NCBI RefSeq assembly: GCF_006345805.1
Contig: NC_043012.1
Location: 16,864,001 to 16,928,000 of the forward strand
DNA length: 64,000 bases
Source of the DNA: Octopus sinensis
Taxonomy: Eukaryota
Direction of reading: 5' to 3'
Each line of letters starts with the position of its first letter. Within the stretch, counting starts at the first letter, position 1. A program made the translations under genes and the position numbers. Below, piece by piece: positions 28,368 through 41,434 of the stretch. The notes under the pieces were generated by a model. The model did not search any database. It was not told the origin of the DNA and saw only the letters and a list, made by a program, of their open reading frames with translations.

Positions 28368-29506
28368 GTAATAATATTGAAAAAATACCTTAGAAATGAG
28401 AACCCAGTTTCGAAATTTCCCCAAGACACCTGATAAAGGCTGGAGGGTATATCAGCTGAAATGTGTTAACAACAAACAAGATGAGGACAAATATCCATCA
28501 AATGTAAATAATGTAAATAATTCTCATATAATACTCAGGTAATTACAATATTAGTTTCAAACTGATAAGAAATAGAAATTTTTAAAAATTCATTTCCTTT
28601 CTTTCCTTTTTATTTTTTTTTACTTATTTCTTTATTTTGACAGCTTCCTGCTGAAATGGGTTTACTGAAAAGATTGTGGAAGCTTGATCTGGAAAACTGT
28701 CCCTTAGAAGGTCCTGTGCACGACTTGATTGCAATGAATCGACCTGCTGTTGAGATTACAGGCTTTCTTAATTCAGTGCTTGAAGCGTAAGAATTTTATC
28801 ATTTTTCTCTCCTTATTTTCCTCTTCTCAGTGGAGGCTTGTGGCCTAGGGGTTAGGACATGGCTTTTCACAATTTTAAAATCATAGTTTCAAATCCCATA
28901 TTGGGCAGTGCTTTGTGTTCTTGAGCAAGACACTTTATTTCATGTTACTCCAGTCCACTCAGTTGCAAAATGAGTTCCAGCAATTGTTGGAAATTTCATC
29001 CTGCAACAGAATGGTTTTCCATTGAGAAGAGACTGTTATAATCTCAGCCATTTATTTGCTATGGAAACCGAGTTAGCCACACGTCATGTTTGTGTCTTTT
29101 GCCAATCGTCACTTTTATTATTTCCAATTCCTAAATGGCTTTTTTTTTCTTTTTACATTTGATGTCTATTTATTTTGCAGGGAATGTGAATACAACTGCT
29201 TAAATCTGATGCTTGTTGGCACTCATAATGTTGGTAAAACATCTTTACTGTTGCAACTGAGGAAACTCTGCAAAATACCCAAAGACAGTCGACCGAAAGT
29301 ATGTCCAAGCTTGCTGTTTTGTTTCAGAGTTATGTTAATTGTTTGTAAGGCTGTGGTGTTGGACAAGTGTGTGTGTGTGTGGGAGAGATATAAATAGGTA
29401 GATAGATAGATAGATAGAGAGAGAAAGAAAGATTAGGTATCTAATGGTATTTTCTTTATTGTTTCACATTTTCATATTTGAATCTTACTTGACATTATCA
29501 TTATTA

Positions 29507-29547
<41 letters not shown>

Positions 29548-30446
29548 TTTTTTTTTTTTTTTTAAAAAGGATTGACGTAACTCTTCAGAAAGGTAAATGG
29601 TCAAGACGATTAGCGCGATTTGATTGTAAGATATTTTATTAGTTCAACGATCTTTCAACAGTACGTCTGTCTTTGTCAAGTTCAGAATAAGAAGTGATAA
29701 AAATTCAAAATTACAGAAATTTAAACATAAAGTATGAACGGGAGCAACTAGCGTCCACACGTTGATGGAATGACATCATCTGTCTTTAAGTTATAATTTT
29801 ATAACAGGCGAAAAGAAAAAGACAGAAAAAAACAGAAAAAAAGGAAAGAAAAAAGAGAGAAAGAAAATTTAATCAAACAGTTTTGTATAAATTTGATGAT
29901 ATTCTCCTGTCATCTTATTCTTTCCTCCAGGGCGTGATGTTAATTATCCGCAAGCATATTTCTCCTGATTCATTCTGAGAAGTGAAAGCAAAGCAAATTC
30001 AGAATATTTTCTGAGAATATGCACTTTCAAGTCTCCTTCAAAATTGCAGCCACTTGAGACGAAATGTTCAGCAAGTTCTCTCGAACTACTGTTATTGTGC
30101 CTGACGTTGAATCTGTTCCCATTAAACCTTTTGTTTAATTGTTCTGTTGTACAACCAACATAAATCAAGTTGTGTTTTGTGCATTCTGCAGCGTACACCA
30201 AATGGGAATCTTTACATGTTCCACCTTCTGTATAAATCATATAATTTCTTTTTATGATTTCTGATGGAATTCACTTCACTCATGTTGTTGCACAATAAAC
30301 AGGACTTTGAATTTTTATCACTTCTTATTTTGAATTTGACAAAGACAGACTTACTGTTGAAATATCATTCAATCAATAAAATATCTATTGCAATCAATTT
30401 GCACTCTTTGTCTTGACTATTATTATTATTATGATTATTATTATCA

Positions 30447-30477
<31 letters not shown>

Positions 30478-33400
30478 TCTTGTGGCGGTGATGGTGGCAG
30501 CAGTAGCAGCGGCAATTTGGTAGAAATGTTAGCATGCCAGGCAAAATGCTTAGCGGTATTTCGTCTGTCTTTACGTTCTGAGTTCAAATTCCGCTGAGGT
30601 TGACTTTGCCTTTCATTCTTTTCAGGGGGTCAATAAATTAAGTACTTGCATACTGGGTTAATGATGTTGATGAGTGGATGTTGATGCTGGTGACATGAGG
30701 ATGATGGTGGTGATGATGATGTTGTAATGTGATGATATTGATAATGATGAAGATGTTACTGATGTGTGCAACAACAATGATTTCTATGTTCATTCCAGCA
30801 TTGGGTGGAGCGCATTGGAGGAAGCGGCACAGCGAAGGGACGGCTATTATCAACAGTAGGCATTGACATGGAGAAGGTGATTCTTGATAAACCAACAAAA
30901 GGTCCAATCACATTCCGGACTTGGGACTTTGGAGGACAGGTAAAATATTGTTTCAACTCTGTCACTATACGTCACCTGATTTTTCGTCCAATCTCACTTT
31001 GTCCAACGTTACTTTCTCCTTGTATTTTGATCCGATGTCATTTTGTCTGATGATTTTTTTTTGTCCAACAACTTTTTGTCCAATTTTAAATGAACTCTTT
31101 AGAAAACAAGGTGAATATCAAAGTCAAAGGAGCATTGAGAATTTTATTGACAGGATTTGTCGTTGGACAAAAACAAATTACTGGACAAAAAGACATCAGA
31201 CCGAAACATGTGGACGAAAAGACATTTGACGATGTGACGTCAGATGAAAAGGCATCGCACTGTCACTATACAACATATTTATATGAGACTGAGGGATGGG
31301 GCAGCGATAGCAGATATTATTGTTGAGGTCCAGATCAATTCTGATTGAACAAATTCCTGATTGAAGCTTCTTATCCATGACAATCCCATTTTTTAAGGTT
31401 TATCTAGAATAACATCATCTGATGTATCCTTCCTTTTTTTCTAAGGCAGAAACCAACAGGTACCAGACTTTCAGGTTTAGTACCCTATCAAGATCTTTAA
31501 GTATGTCACATGCATCTCTTCCCAGGCATACTTAATAATTCTGTTGAGTTTCCTGTTAATCATAAATTTTAATTTTTATAGCTTCATGTCTTGGATTGCC
31601 ATTCTTTGCAACTCACTACCATCATCTTGCTTTTCCTCTGCTTTATGACATTAAGTCCTTTTGAATTTGTAAGCCCCCATCTTTTCCTTCGTAGTCTCTT
31701 ACACTACAGTGGTCTTAAGCCTTGTTTAGAACAATATTGATAAAAAAATGTAAGGTATGATTTACAGGAATTTAGCTCTTATGTTTAGTAAGTGAAGTAG
31801 CCATGTAGAGGATCCCTGTTTTCTTGTGGTGGTAGTTGTGTTTGTAAGTGTGTGTATTTGAGTATGTGTAAGTGAGTGAGAGAGAGAGAGAGATACCATG
31901 TTTGCTAGTGTATGAGATATACTCTCGTATAAGATGAATCCCTATGTTTTTATGGAAAAAAAAAATATTTTGTGAAAAAACAAATTGAATATGTTTCATC
32001 ATACACTCACACAGACCTCATTAGACGCATGGCAATTCTTTGTTACACTTAAGAATAGAAAAAGTGTGTCTTATAAGTGTGGCCTATAAGACGGACAGAC
32101 AGACTACACCACATTCATTTAAGTTATATGCATGCATGTATTTGTATGTGTGTGTGCGTGCGTGCGTGTGTGTGTGTGTGTGTGTGAAATGGCTCAAAAA
32201 CAACTTTTTTCTCCTTTGACAAGATATTAGTTGACCTGTTACCCACAATGGTTAATTATGTTTGTTTAATTAATGAAGTTGTTTTTCATTCTGTTCTTTT
32301 CTTCTGTTGAATGGTCGCAGCGAGAGTACTATGCCACACACCGCTACTTTCTGCTGAAGCGTTCACTCTACCTTGTAATCTGGAAGATTTCAGATGGTGA
32401 GGAAGGTGTTAATGGTATGCTTCAGTGGTTAATTAATATCCAGGTAAGTCGTGACTCATTCTTTGTGTTTCGTTTGCTTGTTTCTTTTTATCGTTATTAT
32501 TGTTATTTAACCGGTTTATAGTCTCAAGTGTGTGTATGTGTAATGTGTATATATATATATATATATATATGTTGTGTATTAGTGTATGTTGATGATGTAT
32601 GTATGTGTGAGTGGAGACCAGTTAGTGTGTTTGTGTGTATGTAGAGACAATACTGTATATGCATACGTGTGCATGTGGAGACCTGTTCATGCATTAGTGC
32701 ATGTGTGAACTCATAGAATTGTAGTTTGGCTCTCAGAAAATCAAACCTACATCACAGTTTCAATTCCTTTTAAACAATATCACTTTGAGGCCGTATGTGT
32801 GTGACTATGTCCATGTTTTGTTAATCAGCAGTTTTAAAACAATAAGGTAGGATTGGAGGGAAATTTGGTTGCTATTTCTTGCTTGGTCTAGCAATCACAT
32901 ATAGTCTCCCTCATTAGTTCAATGAGATTTAGTTGTTGAAATTTATAATTTGAGCTCAAGCTGAGATTTGGATTGGATCTGGTAGACAGAGACTGAAAGA
33001 AGCCCATCATATATCTGTGTTTGTCCCCCACTGCTGCTTGACAACCAGTGTTGGGTTTTTGACATCCTGTAACCTGGCAGTTTGACTAAACGGACCGATA
33101 GACTAAGTACCAGGCTTAAGAAGAAAATAAGTATTAGGGTTGAGCCATTCAACTAAAGATTCTTCTAGGCAGTGCTCCAGCATGGCTGCAGCCCATTGAC
33201 TGAAACGAGATAAAAGATTTATATATATATATATATATATATATGGGCATGGATTCACTGAAGCTCCGGCGTCTGGCGACGGACTTGGTTAACACCCACA
33301 AGGTTATCAACCACCTCACCAACAACAACACTGAACACCTTTTTGATCTCCATGTGTCTAACACACGTGGACATGCCTACAAAGTCAGAAAACAGCACAG

Positions 33401-33597
33401 CTCCCATGACTTTCGGAAACATTTTTTCACGCTCAGGGTTGCTGAAGCGTGGAATAAACTGCCTGCGTCAGTTGTTGACTGCCATGACACTGCATCCTTT
33501 AAGGCCCTCATGCTTTCCGAAATCCGCCGAAACTACACCTGATTATATATACACTTTAGATGAGTTGTAGTGCACCTGAGCACTGTACACAATTATT

Positions 33598-33629
<32 letters not shown>

Positions 33630-36600
33630 TTATTCTTTTATTTGTTTCAGTCATTTGACTGTGGGCATACTGGAGCACCACCTTTAGTTGAACAAATTGA
33701 CCCCAGGACTTATTTACTTATTCTATTGGTCTCTTTTGCCAAACCACTATGTTACGGGGACATAAACACACCAACATTGGTTGTCAAGTGATGGTAGCGG
33801 GGGGGACAAACGCAGACACACACACATATATACACACACTTTGTTTTTGCATCTGGTTTGCAAAAGTCTTTATGTGAATTTGTGTGTTGAAATAAATTTT
33901 GTTCTGTCTGGGGTGAGTCATACTGCCTTAATATAACACACTCACTGGTTCAATTTCCACTCATTTATTCCAGAAAGGGTTTCTGGAATAAATAAATAAA
34001 TAAATAGATAAACAAGAGCACTCAGAGAATGCAAACCTCTGCCAAAGCAGCACCAATGTCCTCTCAATGATTAACTAGAGATGATTTTTAAAATGAGAAT
34101 ATCTGAAATAAACTCCATTGCTCTCACAAATGAGAATACAAAAATGAACCTCAGTGCTCTTGTAAATTAAGTATAAAAACTGGAAAGATAATCCAGAAGC
34201 CTTATCAGGTACCGGATTGATCCCCAAATCTAATCAGTTTGTGCCAGTCATGAGGCCAAACATCCTTGAAAGTCTCATCTGAATCCATCCAGCGATTCTG
34301 GAGATATCTTGTCCACAGACAAGCAAGCAAATGCGACTGAAAACAATACCTCCACCTTCGCTAAGGCAGAGGTAATAAATAAATGAGCAGCACTATGACT
34401 CTCCCCAAATACAACAAAATACGCATGCACACACACACACATATGAAAGAGAGAGAGAGAGAGAGAGTGAGTTGTACGTATGTATCAAATGGTAAGCACC
34501 ACAGTGATCATAGTTATTAGATCAGTGGCTTTCAAGATATGATTGGGGTTAATGAGGTACCCCAATGTGTAACTATAATAGATCAATCAATCGGTTGATT
34601 CATTGATTAACAATATTCCAATCTTCAGCAACAAAACTGGGAGGCTTGAAAAGACAAAGCAGGTACTTCATAACCTCAGTCCCAGAAATAACCTAAGTTT
34701 ATCTTGGTACATGATAAATTCAATAAAGTTAAAAGGATGACAATAGAATGATTGTGTTTGTCCTCTTGACAACTGGTACTGGTTTGTTTGAGGGTTAGCA
34801 AAAGTGACTGATAGAATAAGTCCTAGACTTTAAAAAGACACTAGCACTATGACCCGGCGTTGCCGGGTCATAGTTTTAGTGCATGCATATACAGCTGTGT
34901 GTGTGCACACATACACGCGAGTACTGTCCACATCTCCAACCAGTCACATACAGCTAGCTAGCATTCAATTGGCGTATCAAGTTTCGGGCATTTTGATTGG
35001 GTTTTGGATAGAAAATTCACAAAAAATCACTTCTATTGATTTTTTAATGGCTTTGCGGGGTGACTGGGGAAATGTAAAGATGTGCACGACCACCCTTGGA
35101 CGGTTTTGAATGACCATAGAAAGTGCGAGCCCTCTAACTGAAGAATTGTGGATTTGTCTAAAGGACACACACACAGACAGACATTTTGCCGTTTATATAT
35201 ATATATAGAGATGCTGGGGTTGATTTCTTCAACAAAACCCTTCAAGGTGGTGCCCCAGCATGGTCACAGTCCAGTGAATGAAACAGGTGAAAGATAAAGG
35301 ATAAAATGTGAATGGAACTGTTGCGAGAATAACCAAAATGGTTCACTTGTTTATGTGTCAACTTCTATTTCTAGTCTCAAGCTCCTGGTTCATCAGTTAT
35401 CATTATTGGAACTCACTTGGATGTCCTCAAGAACCGATCAACTCGTGGCAGCTTCCCAAAAGACTTTGAAGAAACCATGATGAAACTCATTGAAGAACGG
35501 TACATGGTGCCTGAACCAGACAAATGTGGTTTGCCTATTGTGATCGATGCTTGGAATGTCAGCAACATAACAGGAAATAATGTGAAAAAACTACTACAGC
35601 GTATATATGACTTAGCTTTTGAGCTAAGGTATCCAAGTATGTATTCTTTAAGCATCTATGTGTATGCATGTGTGTGTGAGAAGACCTGTCAAGCCAAGTA
35701 AAATTGCAGTCGTGCCAGATACTGGTGTCATGGAAATGGTGCCCATGTTGGTGGCACGTAAAAGCCCCCATTACACTCTCGGAGTGTTTGGTGTTAGGAA
35801 GGGCATCCAGCCATAGAAACCATGCCAAATCAGACTGGAGTCTGATGCAGCCTTCAAGCTTGCCAACCCTGGTCAAACTGTCCAACCCATGCCAGCATGG
35901 ACAACGGGCATTAAATGATGATGATGATGATGATAATATCATTGTGGCACCCTGTCGGTCACAATGACAAAGGTTCCAGTTGATCCGATCAACAGAACAG
36001 CCTGCTTGTGAAATTAACATGCAAGTTGCTGAGTACTCCACAGACACATATACCCTTAATGTAGTTCTCGGAGAGATTCAGTGTGACACAGAGTGTGACC
36101 CAGTACATAACTGGTATTTACTCTTTGAAATACAGGTACAACAGAAACAGGAAGAAAGTGTGGGAGAATGTTGTGGTGAAAGAATACAGCAGGGTTTGCC
36201 CCCCCTCCCCCTGCTAGAGCCTTGTGGAGCTTTAAGTGTTTACGCCCAATAAACACTCACAATGCTCGAAACCACGATCCTATGACCATGAGTCTGCTGC
36301 CCTATCCACTAAGCCATTGCACCTCCACGATGGTGATATACATATATACACATGCATGTGCTTGTTTGTATATATTTAGTTTATTGTTCCCTTACAACGT
36401 GACGAGTTGTTTCAACTCTTCTACATTGAAATATTTGGTTATGTCCATGTTGCAAAGAAACAACAAGATACATATGTATTTACTCTGTTTCTAACATATA
36501 TTGCTGATTGCCCTGATCACACAAGTGGAAGGTGTGTGTGTTTGAATTTATGTTTTGGTTCATTTTACATTTGTTTTCCCATGCTAGCTTAGCTTACACG

Positions 36601-39029
36601 ATGCCTCTCTGTTTCTCTCTAAAATCTTATTCTGCACTTTGTGTGGCCTATGGCGTCATAACGAGCTACTGACTTTCATCACACTTCACCATCTTTTCCA
36701 TTTCATTCTTCTCATCCTTTATGTAAATCCCCATACAAATTGTTGTCTGTCCTTGTGATGTCCCCTTTTTCTATGCCCCTGTGGCTAATAAAAGAAGTAA
36801 TTATTGTTATTTTTAGGGCAGCAAGCTGGCAGAATTGTTAGCACGCTGGGTGAAATGCTTAGTGGTATTTTGTCTGCCACTACATTCTGAGTTCAAATTC
36901 TGCTGAGGTCGACTTTGCTTTTCATCCTTTCGGGGTCGATGAAATAAGTACCAGTTATGCACTGGGGTCAATTATAATCAACTGACCCCCTTCCTCCAAA
37001 GCTCAAATTCCATCGAGGTCAATTTTACCTTTCATCCTTTCAGGGTTGATTAAATAAGTACCAGCAGAACACTGGGGTTGATGTAATCAGCACCCCCCAC
37101 CCCACACAAAAATTGATGCTCTTGAAGCAAAATTGGAAACCATTCTTCTTCTTCTTCTTCTTCTTCTTCTTCTCTTCTTCTTCTTCTCCTCCTTGCCCCC
37201 CCCTTCAAGTTGCAAAAATTGCAAGAGTGGATGGTACTGTTCTAAGTGTAGACCTGTGAAATTTCGCAAAATTTGAAACCATTATTATTATTGTTGTTTA
37301 GGAACATGAAGCATCTCACCTGGTGTGCTAACGCTTAGCACACCAGACCAAAATTCGAAATCTTTGTTGTTGTTGTTGTTAAGGTGGTAAACTGGCAGAA
37401 TTGGTAAACATGTTGTTGTTGCTTTCTCTGATTCCTGATTAATCTGATCTATGACCAAATATGTTGCAGCCAATAGCATGCACATTTTATTTAGGCATAG
37501 CTTATCTAGGAGAACATTTTGCTGTGTGCCTAACTTTTTAGACAGTAGAACATCTGATGATGATGATGATGACGAAAAAGCTGGATGCTTTTGCAATCAT
37601 TCTATAATTAAATAAGTGATTTTCTTCTTTGATTTTATTAAAAATTTTGTTTCTTTTCTTATTTTGCACTCTTTTGCAGAAAGTAAACAAACCATTCTAC
37701 TGAAGCAAAAGATTCCAAAGAAATATTTGTTTCTACAAGAAATAGTTCAAGAAATAGCGGAAAACAAGAAAGCTAATGGAGAAGACCCTGTGTTAACACG
37801 CGAATTGTACAAGTAAGTTATATATTTATTTATAAAGGCGGTGAGCTGGCAGAAACGTTAGCACGCCGGGCGAAATGTGTAGCCGTATTTCGTTTGCCGC
37901 TACGTTCTGAGTTCAAATCCCGCCGAGGTTGACTTTGCCTTTCATCCTTTCGGGGTCGATTAAATAAGTACCAGTTACGCACTGGGGTCTATGTAATTGA
38001 CTTAATCCCTTTGCCTGTCCTTGTTTGTCCCCTCTATGTTTAGCCCCCTGTGGGCAATAAAGAAATATATATATTTATTTATTTAGTTAGTTAGTTAACT
38101 CCTACTCCCCCTCCCCCTTCCTTGTCAGTTGCTTTCTTTGTCTGCCTGTCTGCCTGTCTCTCTGTGTCTGTCTGTCTGTCCATTTGTTTCCATGCCTATG
38201 TGATGTCTGTCATCTGTCTGTCGGGTCATTTTGTCTGTTCTCTTGATCTCTCTGTCTGTCCCTCTCTGTCTATCTGTCGGTTAGTCTCTCTCTCTCTATC
38301 TCTCTCTCTTTCCATCTATTTGTATGTCTCCTCCCCCCACCACTACTGCACTATCTCCATCTAAATTCAACTAGCATCTCTTCTTTCTTCTCTTTTTCCT
38401 CCTTTCTTATAGAATACAAGTGATGAACAAGATGATGGAACGCATTGGGACATCTTTTAGGGATGTTGCTGAACTTGATCAGGCCACACACTTCCTTCAT
38501 GAAAATGGTAAATGCTGCTTTTACTTCTGCCTCTTTCCTATTTCTTCTTCCACTCTTTCCATTTATCTTGGTGCCGTATCATACTTCATAGTATGTCTCA
38601 TCTGCCTGTAAAGTCACAGAAGATGCTGATGTTATTGATTAACCTCTGAGGTCAAAGGTTTTGGTGTCGAGCTATTGACTGACCTTAGGAGTACCAATCT
38701 TACCAGTATTGCAATATACATATGTTGTTCTTTTATTTGTTTCAGTCATTTATTTGACTGTGGCCATGCTGGAGCACCGCCTTTTAGTTGAACAAAGCAA
38801 CCCCAGGACTTATTCTTTGTAAGCCCAGTACTTATTTGATTGGTCGCTTTTGCTGAACCGCTAAGTTACAGAGACATGAACACAGCGACATCGGTTGTCA
38901 AGCGGTGGTGGGGTGGGACAAACACAGACACACAAACATACACACACACGTGACAAGGCTTCTTTCAGTTTCCATCTACTAAATTCACTCACAAAGCCTT
39001 GGTTGGCCCGAGGCTATAGTAGAAGACAC

Positions 39030-39082
<53 letters not shown>

Positions 39083-39491
39083 ATATATGTGTGTGTGTGT
39101 ATGTTTGTGTGTCTGTTTGTTCCCCCACCATCACTTGACAACCGATGCTGGTGTGTTTACATTCCTGTAACTTAGCATAACACCCACAATAGTTGAGGGA
39201 TTACTGTATTGTACATGCTTTTATTTAAAGCATTATATACTTTGGATTCACTATTATATATATTTATATATGTGTGTGTATATATATATATATATGTATT
39301 TATTTATGGAGATGTACTTGCATAGTAAGTGACCTGGCCTGAGATCGTGTGCTGAAACAAAAACAATTGCAGCATGGAAGGTGTTTATAAGCCATTTAAA
39401 AACCTGTTAGATTCACCTCAACATTTAAATTTAATTTGTCAAAATATTTTTGTCGCTTTGGAACCACGACCCGTCACTGACAAAATTCCAT

Positions 39492-39534
<43 letters not shown>

Positions 39535-40387
39535 CACATACCCACATACTCCTATACGCACATACATACACACAGACATACACACGTACACACTCACACA
39601 AACATACACACACACATACTTACACACACACTTACCTGCACGCGCACACACATGCATGACAAACACCCATACACTCACACTCACATACGCACACACCAAC
39701 ATAAACACGCACACGCACACACACACCTACACTCCCACACACATACACACGCACCTACATACACACACGCACGCATACACACGCATACACACATACATTA
39801 CACACGTACACACACACCTACATACACATGCATACACACACACACACACAAACATGCACGGACACACCCAGACATACACACATACACCTATATACACACG
39901 CCCACACACCTACATACACACACATATACACACGCCCACACACCTACATACACACACATACATACACACACACACATACACAGACACACCCATACATACT
40001 TACATACATACACCTATACACACACGCCTACACACCTACATACACACACATGCATACACACACACACACATGTACGCACATACACACACATACACGCACA
40101 TACATATATACCCACACACATGCACACACACACACATACGCACATGCATGCATGCATGCACACGCGCACACCTACACGCATACACACACACACACACGCA
40201 CGTACACATACATACATACACACACGCATACATACACCCATACACATACATGCATCCTACACACACATACATACACACTCACACATACATACACACACAC
40301 ACACACTCACTCACACACCTGTATGTACGCGCACACACATGCACACACACACACTTCCCCACACCCACACGTACATACATACACACT

Positions 40388-40418
<31 letters not shown>

Positions 40419-41399
40419 GGACATACATCTATGCACACACATACATACACACATACTCACACACATTCATCGGACACACTGCCACCTAGACATACACACA
40501 GACACACTCACACATCCACACACATACATACTTACGCGCATACTCGCAGGCGCGCACACACGCGCTTGCGCCGGTTCGCGCATGCATACGCGCCGCATGC
40601 ACCTCGCTCTTGGACCCGACGAGATCTCCCGCCCGTTCCTGGGACCGTCGCGTGTCGTTGGGTTTTCCCACGCCCGTCTCCGCGGGACCACTCTTCCATC
40701 TTCCCCTCAGCTGGAGTCCTTTTTCCTTAACCCCCCCCCTTTTTCGTTACACACACGCGCACACATATACACACATTGCTTAAATATATACATTACTCTT
40801 ACACACATTCAATCTACTCGCCATTAATACCACCACGACACTGGACACACACACACACTACTACTCAACACACGCTGGCACGCTACATACGCCCCCACCC
40901 CTTCCCCTCCCTCCCTTCCTCCTTCCTTCTTTTTCTTACTACTGACCTTGTCTGCTAAGCTGACCACTGTCTCGCCCTACCTCACACGCCTACACACAGA
41001 CGCACACACTAACACACACATATATTTTTTTGTTTTTTCATCTCGCCTCACACACACACATACACACACGCACACGCACACACTCACACATACACACACA
41101 TCTGTTGCGTTACCAACCTTGTCTCCACTCTTTTGCCTTTAAAAACCCACTTTGCTCTTGTTATCGTAAACATCCGCCTTTCACCATGTGCAACTCGTAA
41201 ACACCAGTCGTTTTTTTTCTCTTTCCCTGTTGTCCGCTCTGGGATCTTTCTTTCCTCTCTCTTCCTTCTTTATGTTTCCGACGAAGAGCTCCGCTCGAAA
41301 CGTTATACCTCCCTGCTTCCATTTCCTGAGCGCCTATTAATAATAATACTGTAATTGTTCCATTGTTGTTGTTTTTTTGTTTCCCGTTTGGATTAAAAT

Positions 41400-41434
<35 letters not shown>

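Noticed and set aside
27987-28530. Family D as a Tc1/mariner MITE (ta-CAG...CTG-ta ends)
   Set aside because: This copy has a 14-bp TSD and asymmetric ends, and the unit has Pol III boxes and a hammerhead; a retro-mechanism fits better, though it is not proven
35629-35636. U12-like donor gtatcc
   Set aside because: Not a full GTATCCTT, and its phase does not match the next acceptor; gtatgt at 35637 does
39450-39487. Fourth hammerhead-like motif on the minus strand
   Set aside because: Flanking ttttgtc/gacaaaa pairing exists, but neither CUGANGA nor GAAA is intact
39374-40827. Long His/Thr/Tyr-rich ORFs (371, 445 and 300 aa)
   Set aside because: Translations of a (CA)/(CATA) array in several frames; no splice or domain support
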